DNA of 64,000 nt, from NCBI GenBank assembly GCA_051294375.1, contig JBJCIZ010000282.1, positions 116,161-180,160 of the forward strand. Direction: 5' to 3'. Both the position numbers and the translations under genes were made by a program. Position 1 is the stretch's first letter, and each line of letters opens with the position of its first letter. The notes beneath the pieces were generated by a model. The model was not told the DNA's origin and did not search any database. It worked only from the letters and a program-made list of their open reading frames with translations. The DNA is from Paraspadella gotoi (lineage: Eukaryota > Animalia > Chaetognatha). Below, piece after piece: positions 13,757-26,549 of this stretch.

Positions 13757-14140
13757 TTAACTATTTATCCACTAGACAATTGTTAAAGTTTACTAATTTT
13801 AGTTTCAAAGCATTTATCTTTGTTGTACATTGCACAATGTGTCATTTATTATTTATTTATCCCTGTTCTCTCTCTCTCTCTAAGTTTCACTTCTTTTCAT
13901 AACTTATTCAATCTGTCCTCACCTTGACCTGTCCTCTCATCTGACCACTATTCTGTCTCACCACTTTGTTGGAAAACTTTACCCTATTCTCTCTCTCTCT
14001 CTTCTTATGCACAAATTTTAAACCATTCTGTCAAAACGCTGATGAAGGCTTGTAAAACAAGTCGAAACATGTCTGTTCAACTATAAATAAAATTCATTGC
14101 AAACAAAAACTTTGTCAATTCTCTAATTAATAGTAACAAC
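13757..14140 (+). mobile_element. Penelope-like element pseudo-LTR fragment
   Basis: Reverse-complement match to ~44150-44560, which lies downstream of a GIY-YIG ORF. Contains a hammerhead motif. Confidence 0.65.
14035..14077 (+). ncRNA. Minimal type I hammerhead ribozyme
   Basis: AACG-CTGATGA-a-GGCTTG-taaaa-CAAGTC-GAAAC-at-GTC-TGTT: intact core, stem II, GUC cleavage triplet and a short stem I (AACG/TGTT). Confidence 0.7.
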
Positions 14141-14773
14141 GAAAAAAGAAAGGATTACTTCAATATGCATATTTTATCATAATTCGATGTTCTGACATGA
14201 TATAAGTTAGTGCCTGACAATATTGAGGGGGCGGACCGACGGACCGACAAAGTGAATTATAGAGTCGGGATCTGCTGATACGACTAAAAAACAAAGAACC
14301 TGTTTCACTAATTGATTATGCTTCTTTTTCTTTTTATTTTAAATGTAAATACAAGATGTATAAATTAATCAAATAATAATAATCAGTTAATTAATCAATT
14401 AGTCAATTAATTAGTAAATAATTAATTAATCCATCAATTAATCAATCAAAACAATCCTTTCAGATCAAATTGCCTAATTAATTTAATAATTAACTTGAAT
14501 AAATTAATTATTAATTAATTAAATAATTAACTTGAATTAATTATTAATTAACTAATTAATTACCGATAATGATCGTGGGCAGATCCAACATTTTTGCTCA
14601 AACTTGTTTTTCTTATGAAGAATTGTGAATTTGAAAAATCCCTCTCATAGAATTGGGACCCTTGTCCTCAAGTAAATTTATGTAAAATTTCATGTAAATC
14701 CGCTTAGCTGAAACTCTTCCAAAAGGTTTCTTTTATTTTATATAGTATTATAAAATTCGAAAAAACAGCAATG

Positions 14774-15495
14774 TAGGAGTCTACGTCGTTCTTAGAAATC
14801 AGAGAAGACTTTTTCAATGAAAATTTTTGCTAAAATCTGACTACCAAACAATGTAAACGCTCCTGGGAAAAATTCAGGTAAACAATAGATGTAAAAACAC
14901 TCAATTCCAATCCTGTTGCATCTGAAGGGCTCGCATTTTTTTCTCTTGACAAATAACCATCATTTTGACATCAAACCATCAGATTCAAATGGACTGGTCC
15001 GCTCGGGAAAATATTTTCGACGCAATTTTTATATATAAAATAAAGGGATTTCTCAACTTCAATACAATGTCAACGCATTTAACATATGTTGTGATTTTAC
15101 AATAAACTTCAAATTCAGGAATCCGATAGCCATATATCTGAAGGGCTCTCAAAATTTTTCTTTATATTTTATTTAGTTATTTTAATATGATCTGATCATG
15201 GTAAAATGAATTAGTCCATTTTGGTGAAATTTTTATTTAAAGTAAAAGTAAAAGACGAGCTAACAATCAGAATTCTAAGAGTTTTCAACCGGGAGTCAGA
15301 TTCGGAAAAAATCTTATATGGCGAAAATCTTCCAAAGAAGGGGTGGATTTTCCGAAGATTTTGGTTAATATTTTCTATATTTATGGTCGGATTTTTTTGA
15401 AACTTAAAAAAAGCAATATTGCCATCATTCTACATTGGCCAGTCAAAGAATATATTAAAAAAACCTCTGACTTTTTTCGTCAGAGCTGAGTCCTA
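14774..15495 (+). mobile_element. hAT-like MITE family 1 inserted into a Kolobok-like copy
   Basis: Same sequence as 128-822. Target CAGCAATG is duplicated (14766-14773 and 15498-15505). Confidence 0.75.
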
Positions 15496-15619
15496 TGCAG
15501 CAATGGATTCGAAGAGAAGATAAAGTGAATACATTTTCAGAATCAACTAGACCTCTACTTTCCGAAAACAAGCTTTATTTCAACCTAATTATAATTTTTG
15601 GCCAGATCCCAGGCCTTAA

Positions 15620-17400
15620 GCGGCGCCACCTAACTCGTAAATAATCGAAGCAGGCCCAATGAACTCAACAGAGGAGAAATGAACGACAAACCAACGAATC
15701 AAGGACAGCAGGCCCGCCACAAGAAAGCCAACCAGCCAAGAAAATAGCAGCTCCACCTAACTCACCTAAGGAAGCCGACCAGGAGCTGCCGGCGAGGAGA
15801 AGCCTGGAGGAAGAGGTAGGACATGAGCACATCAGGAATCACCAAGGCTGGCAGACCACGCAACGGTAGAACTGACAACGCCAGCCGGGCAAAGCTGTGT
15901 CGCCAATGAAAGTAATTAAGAAAGAGAGTTGAACATAGACTCGGCCATCAAAGCTTCGGTTGACATCGACACCCTCGAACTGGACCAAGATCTGCTAGAG
16001 AATGTCCGGCGTTATTCCTCACTCCTTCAAATCAAGGATGAGATCAAAACCTGGCAGAACAATTGCGATGAAATTAGGACAGCAAGAGAAATCTACAAAA
16101 GTCATGGAGGTGGCGGTCTCAGGACACATCTGTAATCGGGGGAGAGAAAGTCACGCCCACGCAGATCTTCCTCCTCTGAAATGTGGAGGATTTAGAAATA
16201 ACCAGAGACGAGATTCTTTGCATCATTGGGTTCACCGCCACCAGCCGCTCAACCAGATATATCGTCCCACAACAGAACCTGAAAGAAGTAGTAAAAAAGA
16301 TACACAAAAACTGGGACACCCAGGGAGGGACCGATCGGCCTACCTAGCGTCGCAGTACATAGCCACGCCAAATATGGTAAATGCGTGTAGAGAGGTTGTG
16401 CTCGAATGCAATTGTTGCAGACACGCCACCGACGAAATGCAGTTCAATGAAACCGAATCGAGACTGACGGCGGCGCAGATCCCCTGGGAATCATTGAGCA
16501 TCGACGTGATGCACTTACCCCCCAGCGGGGGCTCCAACCATGTTTTGGTAGCCTCAGACAACGCCTCAGTCTATACCTGGGCGATCCCACAGAGGCAAGC
16601 CGATGCGCAGCACATTGTCAAGGCCCTTGACACAAATATTTTCTTGTTGCACAGAAACTATCTCGAAATAATCTTTGACGGCGCTACGTCATTAAATGGC
16701 GAAGAAATGAGAAGTATCCTAAGCCTGCTAGACATGAGTGGAAGGCATATCCTTGTCTAAAAAAACAGCAATCGCACCGAGAGACATCGACTGTATGTAA
16801 CAGGCACTCAGAAAAACACTAAACGACAACTGGCTGAGGGTCTTACCTTACCTGGTCCTCACCCTTAATGCAACGCCAATAACAGGTTGGAAAACAAATA
16901 TGTCGCCACATGAACTACAATTCGGAAACAGGCCAAGGATAATAGAGCTGCCTGATGAGGAGTCATATGAATGCTTGGTGGACTACGCACGAGAGACGAG
17001 CGGACAATTAACAAGAAGCACAAAAACAAATAGCCAAACAAAGATTCCATAGGCACAAGCAAGCAAAGCAAGGAAATCGTTTCAGGAATCCAAAAAGGGT
17101 CAAGGCGGGCAATTGCGTCTATGTTAGGCGAGACCTGTTGCAAACAGGCGCCGCTCCAACCCAAAACAAGGTGAGAACGATATACACACAAGGTGATCGA
17201 ATCAAGAGGAAATCACTACCTTGTGGACGTCAACGGTAAGCATTCCCTCTACCATAGGCGCCGCCTCACACTGAAAAGCGGCGACTCTGACGACTTCAGA
17301 ACCTAAGTAAGTTGTGAAGCAAAAGAAATAGGCTGTACAATGCTTATTGCTTTTCCAGAGGTCTCTCTCTGCCTCGGCGAGTAGAGACGGGGGAGTCATT
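15620..17400 (+). pseudogene. Degraded Gypsy-like pol 3' end (integrase) followed by a polypurine tract
   Basis: HHCC remnant LGHPGRDR...CNCC, PWESLSIDVMH, IFDGA and LNATP motifs. Clearly homologous to 53624-55042. PPT gagacgggggag at ~17384-17395. Confidence 0.8.
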
Positions 17401-19039
17401 GTGCGACCGTGGTGCGTCGGGACATCCTACCATCCACAATTTAGCAAGAAGGTTCAAGGGTTCAAGAGATTGACTTTTTGTTTATTCACTCTTTTTTTTC
17501 GTTGTTTTGTCTTGCATATTTTTTTTTTCGTGGTTTTTAAATGAGTTGAAATAAAGATGAAGTTCTTTTACAACAACAATTACATTTATTTTTTTGTAAT
17601 GTCTTTACACTATATTTCTCTATTATAACAATTATATATTGGTATTATTGATTTGGGTATCTGACATAAAATACAATGAAAGTTCATCAGCCATTTTAAA
17701 CGTCAAAGTTAAGGTAAAAAGGCTTGTGCGTCTGCATAATTAAACTATATCTAATAATTAAATAAACATATTTAAATTAATACTTTTGAAATAAATAATA
17801 AAAAAGAACATATAACATATCTAGCAAATTGATAAAATTAGTTTGTTATCTTTAGAACTAAATTTTTTGCTGTTTTTGGTAACTTCCGGTTTGTAAAAAT
17901 AGTTTTCAACATAATAAGCACCTAAAACTTATTTTTTTTAATATATTAACTAACTTGCAATGCAATTTTCTAGTCAGGAATGAACTAATTATATTTAAAA
18001 ATTAAATTTAAATAGAACTTGTTCAAAAAATCTACGAATATTTGTGAATTTTAAAAAAGTCTAACAAAAGTCATATATTCAGATAAAACGGAAAAAAAAA
18101 AAAGAAAGAATGCCGTTCTCCTGAGATTTTCTATCTTAAAAAGAATCGGATTTAAATGTGTCTACTGTACATACTACATATATGTAAATACTAAATACTA
18201 TTGTGAATAGCATCAAAAATGAAAAAGCATTCCAAACCAAAGCAGAGAAAGAGTAAATAATAAAAAGTAACAGAGAAAGTTTCACAGTACGATAAATCCA
18301 AAAGAAAGAAAATAAATAAGAAAGAAAGAAAAAAAGAAAGAAAAGGAATCGAGAGGAAGTTTCACAAAACCATAAATCCAAAAGGAAGAAAAATGAGAAA
18401 GAAGGAAAAGTGAAAACAAGAAAAATGAGAGAGAATGAAGAGTGAAAACAAAAGATGAAAAGGAGGAGAAAAACGAAATAAGAAAACTCAAACCTCAGAT
18501 AAACTTGCCCGTTTAAACTTACCGAATGAACGATTATCAAATCAAACAACTAAACAAATATGTTAACAAAAAAAAAGAAACAAAGGGCAGGATCGCAATC
18601 AGAAACAAATATACTCACATCGAGGGGACCAGGGAAGATAACATTTCACTTTCGACCTAATATCAGAAAAACTTGAGATAAAGTTTTCAAAAATAAAGGC
18701 ATAAAGTCAGAAGGGGGATCAAATGATCCCAACACCCCAAGAGGGGCGTCCAACTAGCAACGAGCACTTCGCACTACCTGGAGGAGGAAGGGGGCAGGCC
18801 AGACGCTCGAGACGACGAGCTGAGCGCCTGAAAAAGTAAAGGGAAGAACAGTCACAAACACTCTCCTTCCTCAAAAGAAGACACAACCAAACAAAGTAAG
18901 AAAGGAAAAAAAATTCTAAAAAGTAAAAGTACGAGGTGCCAATCCTGATCAGCGACCACTCCAGAGTGTTACAACCAATCCAGTGGAAGGCAAAGAGGGC
19001 ATGAACCTGCTAACTCACCACGTGGAGACAACAGAAGCC

Positions 19040-20971
19040 GATGGCTCGTGCACAGGCGAGTCATTAAAATTCCATGGTCGGCTATACAATTCAGAGAACG
19101 CCAAACTGTCCTCAAATCTGACCTGTACAGGAGAAAGGTCAGGGTGAGTGATCACATCGACTCAAAGACGCGCTCCTGTGACATTGCAAAACATTGCCTG
19201 GAAGGACACCCGATGCCAAGCGGTTGTGGGCTACAAAGGAATGTACAGTAGAGCGTAGTGAAAGTTATGTACAGAAATTCTAAAAGTCAATTATGAACAA
19301 CATACCATCAGTGAATATTAATTTGTAAAAAAAAAATAATTTTGTTTTTTAATTTTCGCAGTAGGCTATATTTATATATATATCCTTTTAAAATCGAAAA
19401 AATTTAAAATAAGCTTTTCTTAATTTTGATTACAGATTTGAATTCCTCGTCAAAAGTTAATAAAAGAAAATATAAATCATTTTTAAAAATTCTTTCATTA
19501 AGTGGGTTAAAAAAAACTATATTAAATATATAAAAAGTTAATTTTCAGCTTAAAATATAGCTTTTTCTAATTTTTGACCCACTAAATGAAGGAATTTTTC
19601 AAAACAAGTTATAAATTCTTTTTATCAACTTTTTATGACGAATCTAAATCTACAAAAAAAATCTTAGAAAAAACTTTTTTGAAATTTTAACATTTATTGG
19701 ATTAGTACTAGTATAAATATGGCCTACTGCATAAATTATAAAATTTATTATAATAATAATATAATATTATGTTATTCATTCCTCACTTTTAGAATTTTAA
19801 TTAAACTTAAATTTAGAAATTTTACTACGCCTTAATGTACAGGTCTGAGGACGGGATAATAAGATCCATCTCAGGGGCTGACTTCAGGATGACCATCAAC
19901 CGATGCCACAACAGCACAGGAGCGCCGACGCCATGCGGCGATATTCTGAGAGGAGCAGACCCATAAAGCAGCTGTTGGTCAAGCTGCTCAAGGGTCAGAT
20001 ATGCCGACGTCGCCAAGGGCTTAGAGAACTGCATGGTCGTCTGTGGCGGAACCAGCAACACTGCTTTCACATTGCGACTTACTGGACAAAAAACCAGAAA
20101 GGCGAGTTTGATAGTAGAAGAAACATCTTCACCCCACTTCTTCTACGCAGAAAGCCAAATGCCCGGCCTGATCGGGGACACAACCGTCATGACGGCTCTG
20201 CACAAAACTGCGTCACACCTAGCATGAGACAACCAGAGGAACATGGACTCGTTGACAGAAGGGGTGAGACACGAATTATGTGTAACCAGGGCCAGAGAAG
20301 CAAGAATAGCCGCCATCAAAGCTCACCGATCCCTGGCAGCCATGGCATTTGTAGACCGCGGGGAAATAGCAGTGCTAAGAGGAGAGTTGCTGGAAACGGC
20401 CAGATGCTGACAGACCCTGGCGCTTCGAAGGGAAACAGAAAAATGATTCCAAGACATGCCAGTGTCGTACGGTGGGCTGGAAGTATACCAACACGCCATC
20501 TACAATCACGTGATCGACTCTTCCTTCGAAACTCCATGCCCGTCGCCGCCAGTCTATCAACAAGGGAGCTCCTTCGTGGATAGCGAAGGAGAGATCTTCA
20601 AGTATGAAGCCCCTTGAACGATTCTTACAGATCGCCAGAATCATGTGACCAATGAGGTCACGATATACAAGGAGGTCGGCCAGTTCATGGACTGACACGC
20701 AAAATTCATAGGACAGTCCCAGGCCTTCAACGAGCGCCTGGGCGAAATCACAGCCGGCTCGCCCTCCTCGTTTATCTGGATGATCTTTGGGGACTCGCCT
20801 CTCATTGATGTGTGGAACTGGCTGGTGAATTTCGCCCTTCTCATCGGGATCGCCGGGATAGCCAGCGTCATCGCGATCTGCATCTGTTGTGGGTGTTGTA
20901 GCTCCGCCACAGGATGCGTCCAACGACAGGCCGAGGCCATTGGCCAAAACGTGGATGCCGCCATCGGATGA
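19040..20971 (+). pseudogene. Degraded env-like class III glycoprotein (copy 1), interrupted by a MITE
   Basis: Reads DGSCTGESLKFH...HELCVTRARE...RGELLETARC...FQDMPVSYGGLEVYQHAIYNHVIDSSFETPC through stops, then a TM segment WLVNFALLIGIAGIASVIAICICC. Aligns with 59523-60974. Confidence 0.75.
19249..19834 (+). mobile_element. hAT-like MITE family 2
   Basis: TAGAGCGTAGT...ACTACGCCTTA with an 8-bp TSD ATGTACAG (19241-19248 and 19835-19842). Confidence 0.85.
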
Positions 20972-21503
20972 GCAACGAGATGAGACTGACGGATAGTCTA
21001 AGACCTGGCCCGCTCATCTGCCAGGGTGCGGGTGGCGTCAGCGTAAATGGGGTTATATATATCTCTCTCGATGGGGAACAAGCGATCCAGCAAATGAGAA
21101 GACGAGGAGTGGGACTAGGTCAAAGGGAGGGACCGAGCTCATGGGCTGAGGGCTGTAAGAAGGAGAAAGACTTTAGTTTGCAATTCGCCCTTGGCCCGAT
21201 TGGTTGTTCATTTTTTTTTATCTACCGTTTTACTGTGAATAAATGTAAAATAGATTGCCGTGAAATCAAAACATTCAAACTTTATTTAACCACTTCCAAA
21301 TTAGCCAAAACGGCAAAGTTATTATAACAGAGAAGAAATAGTGGGAATCATGTTATTATTGAAAAAAAAAATTCAACGATTAAACAATTATTTAATAATT
21401 TTCTAGAAGTCAGTCTTACCTGCATCGTGTTTTTACTAATTAAAAAAAATCACTATAAGTTGGCCAGCACTCAAATTATGCAAACTTAAAAATATTTTTT
21501 TAG

Positions 21504-21689
<186 letters not shown>

Positions 21690-21829
21690 TAAGTTCAGGA
21701 GTGAAGTGAAAGTTTGAAATCAAAATGTACCTAAAAGTAAAGAAGCCAATTTAATTAAAGTTTGTTTCCTTTGTTTTAGTTGTTACAAACCTTAATTAAA
21801 TAATTATACATTAGTATTGACTTTACATT

Positions 21830-22115
21830 TGTGGATAAGGCGCTACGTGGGCTGAAGATGACTGTCCGTAATCTCTATAACCCCCTCTAGCAGCAATGGA
21901 ATGGGTTCCTGGGCTTGGAACCAGGCTCGAGGGTTTGCCATGCCCCCAAGGCAGCTTACGGCCGTCCTGACGCTTCCCGCAGGGTAGGTACCGGGTTGGG
22001 ATTGAACCCGGTACCTAGAGGTCATGAGCTGATGGCTTTACTCAATGAGCCACCGGGTCACAACTGAAAGTGTCATGATTCTAGGCGGGGTGAACCTAGG
22101 CAATGCCCGACTACA
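21830..22115 (-). mobile_element. ~290-bp TG...CA solo-LTR-like element containing a tRNA-like Pol III cassette
   Basis: Minus strand TGTAGTCGGG...TTATCCACA with a 4-bp TSD (CATT at 21826-21829 and 22116-22119). Internal A-box TGGCTCATTGAG and B-box GGTTCAATCC. Second copy at 30217-30513. Confidence 0.7.
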
Positions 22116-22316
22116 CATTCTTATACAAAGATCGCGCCAATTAAATTGTAATATATTTTATACAATAAAATTTTTTCTCAATTAAATGGCTCTTTTTATA
22201 AGATAGTGTTGCTATCATATGGAAAAATGTTGTTAAACCGTGTTGTTAAACCGAAAGAATTTGTTTTTAGTTCTGCTCTTTAAGTTGTGAATGTTCACAA
22301 TGCTTATAATTCATAT

Positions 22317-22600
22317 CATCGCAGGAAAATCAACCAAATCTAAAGCAGAATTGGATTGAAGGATCGGGCAATCTCCACAGAATCGGAATAGTCGAATCAT
22401 GATTGGTCAAAGTAGAATCGGAATTGACCAATCAGCTTGCAGAACTAATGGAACTGTCAAAACAACTCTTGCATTCAATCCTCCTTTCTAGATATAAATA
22501 TACTTAGCTTTCCTTAGTTTCAATAGAATTGATCTGGACTCCTGTGTGCGTCTCACCGTCACCTTTTATTCTCAGAATAAATCTCGTTTTTGATTTCACC
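22317..22600 (+). mobile_element. LTR type A fragment (env-bearing family), 3'-truncated
   Basis: Starts CATCGCAGGA and matches 61009-61290 (CCAAT, TATAAA, AATAAA). Confidence 0.75.
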
Positions 22601-25600
22601 CCCTTCACCAAACTCGCCAACCTCCATCTGACTTGGGCACGCAGAGAATGGGCGAGGACCAGGAACTCTTCGATCTCTTGGCGATGCCGAGCGCTACCAT
22701 CTTCTCCAGCTCGGCTTTGGCGAAAGCCAATTTGTCTGGATGAAGGCGCCGGGCTTGGGCTTGGCATGGGCGGCCATAAGTTGGAATGTGGTGGTGCACT
22801 CCATGCTTGGGCTCCTTTAGCTTGAAGGGTGGTGTGGAGAGTGAGGGGTACTTGTCGAGGAGTTGGTAAAAAATATCCTCATTCCGTCATCAAAGTTGAC
22901 ATGAGATGGAGCAGACCCGCAGGTGACTGCACAGGGGATTGTCGAGTAGTCTCGAAGGTCCAAGAGCAAGCTGTCTCAATGGTTCGGAGCGAGTTAGTAT
23001 TCTCCAAGGAAGTCGGCTCCAAGAATGCTTTGAGTGATATCCACGATGAGTATGTCGAATGGGAAGATTCTTGGGCCAAGAATTACCCTTCTATGTGCCA
23101 CTTCGTAACATGCTATCAGGCTACCATTTGCTGCTTGAAGCTGCACCCCGGTTGGCCCTGCTGCTCGTTGCTCCGGTGTTGGGGGGATTAGTGAAAGTAA
23201 TGCCCCGCCATTGATTAACCAATGATGTCCGTCGCTGGCGTCGACGACATGCAGGAGGAAAGAGTCTGGGGAGTCGGCATTTGAGCGGGGCACAGCGTCC
23301 ACCTGCGCTGCCCCGCTGGTCCGTTTCCCGTCTTCGCATCTTTCTTTTTCAAGAAATCAGCTCTGCAGGCGCAGCAGCGCTCGCACTTGAGAGCTGAGTA
23401 ACCAAACTTAAGGCCTGGGATCATTCAAACAAGAATTGCATAAAGCTTTGTACAATCTATTATTATGTCAAAGAAAGTGTATTCCCTTCACGTTTCAAAA
23501 AAAAAAACTATATTTGATTAAGGTTCAGCTTCAAGAGGCAACTAAAAATCGGGCAATTTTTTTATCAGTAAACCTTAAAAATTTCATCCAACACGGTAAA
23601 GTCATTTTTAAACGCAAATTTTTTATTTTTCTTTTAATTAACAGCACCTACCTCAGTGTAATGCTAACAACTAAAACCAAGTCATTCCAATTATGTTATA
23701 GAAGTAATTAATGATGAAAACATAAACGTTTATGTAGACGAGAGAGCAGAACGCTTATATAGGATGTCTATTATCATTTTATTACAAAAAAGAATGATTA
23801 AAAATGTAAAATTTAAAGACATTCATCCACTGCAACTGAAGTAGGGTCCACTTTGATAACAACCCTCAATGGTGCCATAGACTGCCACAGATTCACCAGA
23901 CGGACCAGCCTCATGCTCTGCTTTTGACATTTAGTTTCTGTTCCCCAGGTTTCAAAACTGGTTCAAAACAAGACTGAGAAAAAAATAAATAAATACTTTG
24001 CAGCATTCCTCCTTGTTTACTGACTGCTTTCCCCCAGCCACAGCCATTTGTTAATAAAAAAAATTGTACAAAATTTGGATAAAACTTTAAAGATCGGTAA
24101 AGCAATCATTTAAACTAGAAATGAAAATAGATTTCGGAAAAGCATATCATTTTAAAGTTCTTTTGCTCGGACTTTCAGTTTTGTAAAATCTACAGAAAAA
24201 AAAAATAAATAAATAACAAAAAGAGTTGGAGACTAAAACCGTTTTAAATAAAAAATAAACTAAAATTAATTTTTTTATTAAGTATGGAATGGGAGAAAAT
24301 TCTATGAGAGGGATTTTGAAAAAATGTTACTAGTTTTCAAGATATTTAGAATTTAATGCCAAAATTTTCTTATTCTTTTTTTTTTCTTATGAAGATAAGT
24401 GAATTTGAAAAATCCCTTCTCATAGAAGTTGGGACCCTTGTCCTCAAGTAAATTTTTTGTTAAAATTTCATGAAAATCCGCTTAGCCCGTTTGGGCCGCA
24501 ACTCTTCGAAAGGTTTCTTTTTATTTTATATAGTTATATAAAATTCGAAAAAAACAGCAATGGATTCGAAGAGAAGATAAAGGAATACATTTTCAGATCA
24601 TCTGGACCTTCTACTTTCCGAATATAAGCTTTTTTTTAATCCTAATTATAACTTTTTGGCCGTGATCCCAGGCCTTAAATTTTACATAAATTTACTTGAG
24701 GACAAGGGTCCCAATTCTATGAGAGGGATTTTCCAAATTCACAATTCTTTCATAAGAAAAAAAAAAAGAATAAGAAAATTTTGGCATTAAATTCTAAATA
24801 TCTTGAAAACTAGTAACATTTTCCAAATCCCTCTCATAGAATTTCTCCCCACCTTTCCATACTTAAAAAAAATAATTTTAGTTTATTTTTATTTCAAACG
24901 GTTTTAGCTCCAAACTCTTTTTTTGTTTATTTATTTATTATTTTTTTTTCTGTTAGATTTTACAGAACTGAAAGTCAAGCAAAGAACTTTAAAATCGTTA
25001 CACTTTTCCGAAATCTATTTTCATTTCTAGTTTAAATGATGGCTTTACCAATCTTTAAAGTTTTATCCAAATTTTGTTACAATTTTTTTTTAAATTAAAA
25101 ATGGCTGTGGGCTGGGGAAAGCACAAGGAGGAATGCTGCAAGTGTTTATTTATTTTTTTTCTCAGTCTTGTTTTAACCAGTTTTGACCTGGGAACAGAAA
25201 CTAAATGTCAAAAGCAGAGCATGAGGCTGTGTCTGTCTGTGGAATCCTGTGGCAGTCTATGGCACCATTAGGGTTGTTATCAAAGTGGACCCACTTCAGA
25301 TGCCAGGGGACCAAATGTCTTTGAATTTTACAATTTTACAATTTTTAATCATTCTTTTTTGTAATAAAATGATAATAGACATCCTTATATAAGCGTTCTG
25401 CTCTCTCTCTACATAAACGTTTATGTTTTCATCATTAATATATTCTATAACATAATTGGAATGACTTGGTTTTAGTTGTTAGTATTACACTGAGGTAGGT
25501 GCTGTTTAATTGAAAAAAAAAAATTAAAAATTTGCGTTTAAAAATGACTTTACCGTGTTGGATGAAATTTTTAAGTTTTTACTGATAAAAAAATTGCCCG

Positions 25601-26549
25601 ATTTTTAGTTGCCTCTTGAAGCTGAACCTTAATCAAATTTAGAGGTTTTTTTTTTTGAAACATGAAGGGAATACACTTGTCTTTTGACATAATAATAAAT
25701 TGTACAAAGCTTTATGCAAATCTTGTTTGAATGATCCCAGGCCTTAAGGTGGTAGCGGCAAATCTGCTTCAGTTTCTGATTGGATGGTCGGGAGTTGGTG
25801 GACGGGCCGCTTGACAGGCGGGAGCTGTTTGCCAATCCACTTGGAAAAGTCGATCTCCAGTTGCCTGTCGATGAGCGCCTGCGATCGTTGCGCTGGCTTC
25901 CTACGGCGTTAATTTCTGCTTCGCCGTCGCTATTGGTTCCCTGGTCGTTGACGAGCTGTTCAAGGAGCAGCCAATTGTGGACGGCCATCTGGGTCGAAAA
26001 ACTTGTCAGCCTCGTTGGCCAACTCTGAAGCGGTCATGGAATCAATTTTTCCCTCGAGCAAGCGCCTAATTTCAATGGGGAGGCCTCTGACGACTGTCTC
26101 CTTCCGATCCGATGGTCCGATGATCCGATGGTCACAGCCTTGATTTTCTCTTCTAAGCGAGCAAAATGCTGCGACGGGCAGAGGCCATCACGGCCAAAAC
26201 CGTCGAGGATGGACGCCAGTTGACGTGGAGTAGTGCCATACTCTTTTTTAAGGTACTGGACGAATTCATTCCAGCGAGCTTTGGTTTGCTCGCTGTAAAG
26301 AAAGGCGTTTATGCGCGGGTTTGCATTGACGTCGATTTTTGACTCCAAATGGGCGAATTTTTCTTTTGAATCGCGGATGTTAGCTCGCACGTAGGCCGCC
26401 TCAACCCTTCGAAGCCAAATGTCAATATTTTTTTAATCAAAGGCGGGCAGTTCAGGCTTCTTCTTCTTTTCAAGGGCGGCGAGAGCGATGGCGAGGGCCG
26501 TACAAAGGGCTTCCGTCTCGCTGGAGGCGGAGGCAAAAGCGGTCGCCAT
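22601..26549 (-). mobile_element. Degraded Ty3/Gypsy element (CsRN1/Kabuki-like gag-PR-RT start)
   Basis: gag LPAFD*KNIDIWLRRVEAAY; CHCC knuckle ICRYHLKFGYSALKC, rebuilt across the insertion; protease WLINGGALLSLIP...ILGADFL; RT start ARRLHPDKL...SSWSSPILCVPKSDGGWR. Confidence 0.85.
23412..25743. mobile_element. Two inverted Kolobok-like copies inserted at one TTAA in the Gypsy gag
   Basis: TTAA at 23408-23411 and 25744-25747. A complete reverse copy at 23412-24674 is followed by a truncated forward copy. Confidence 0.8.

Noticed and set aside
19903-20583. 226-aa ORF as an independent gene
   Set aside because: An off-frame reading of the degraded env; the homology lies in another frame.
21990-22065. 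Functional tRNA-Met gene
   Set aside because: Acceptor, anticodon and T stems pair poorly, there is no T-run terminator, and it is embedded in a TSD-flanked repeat.
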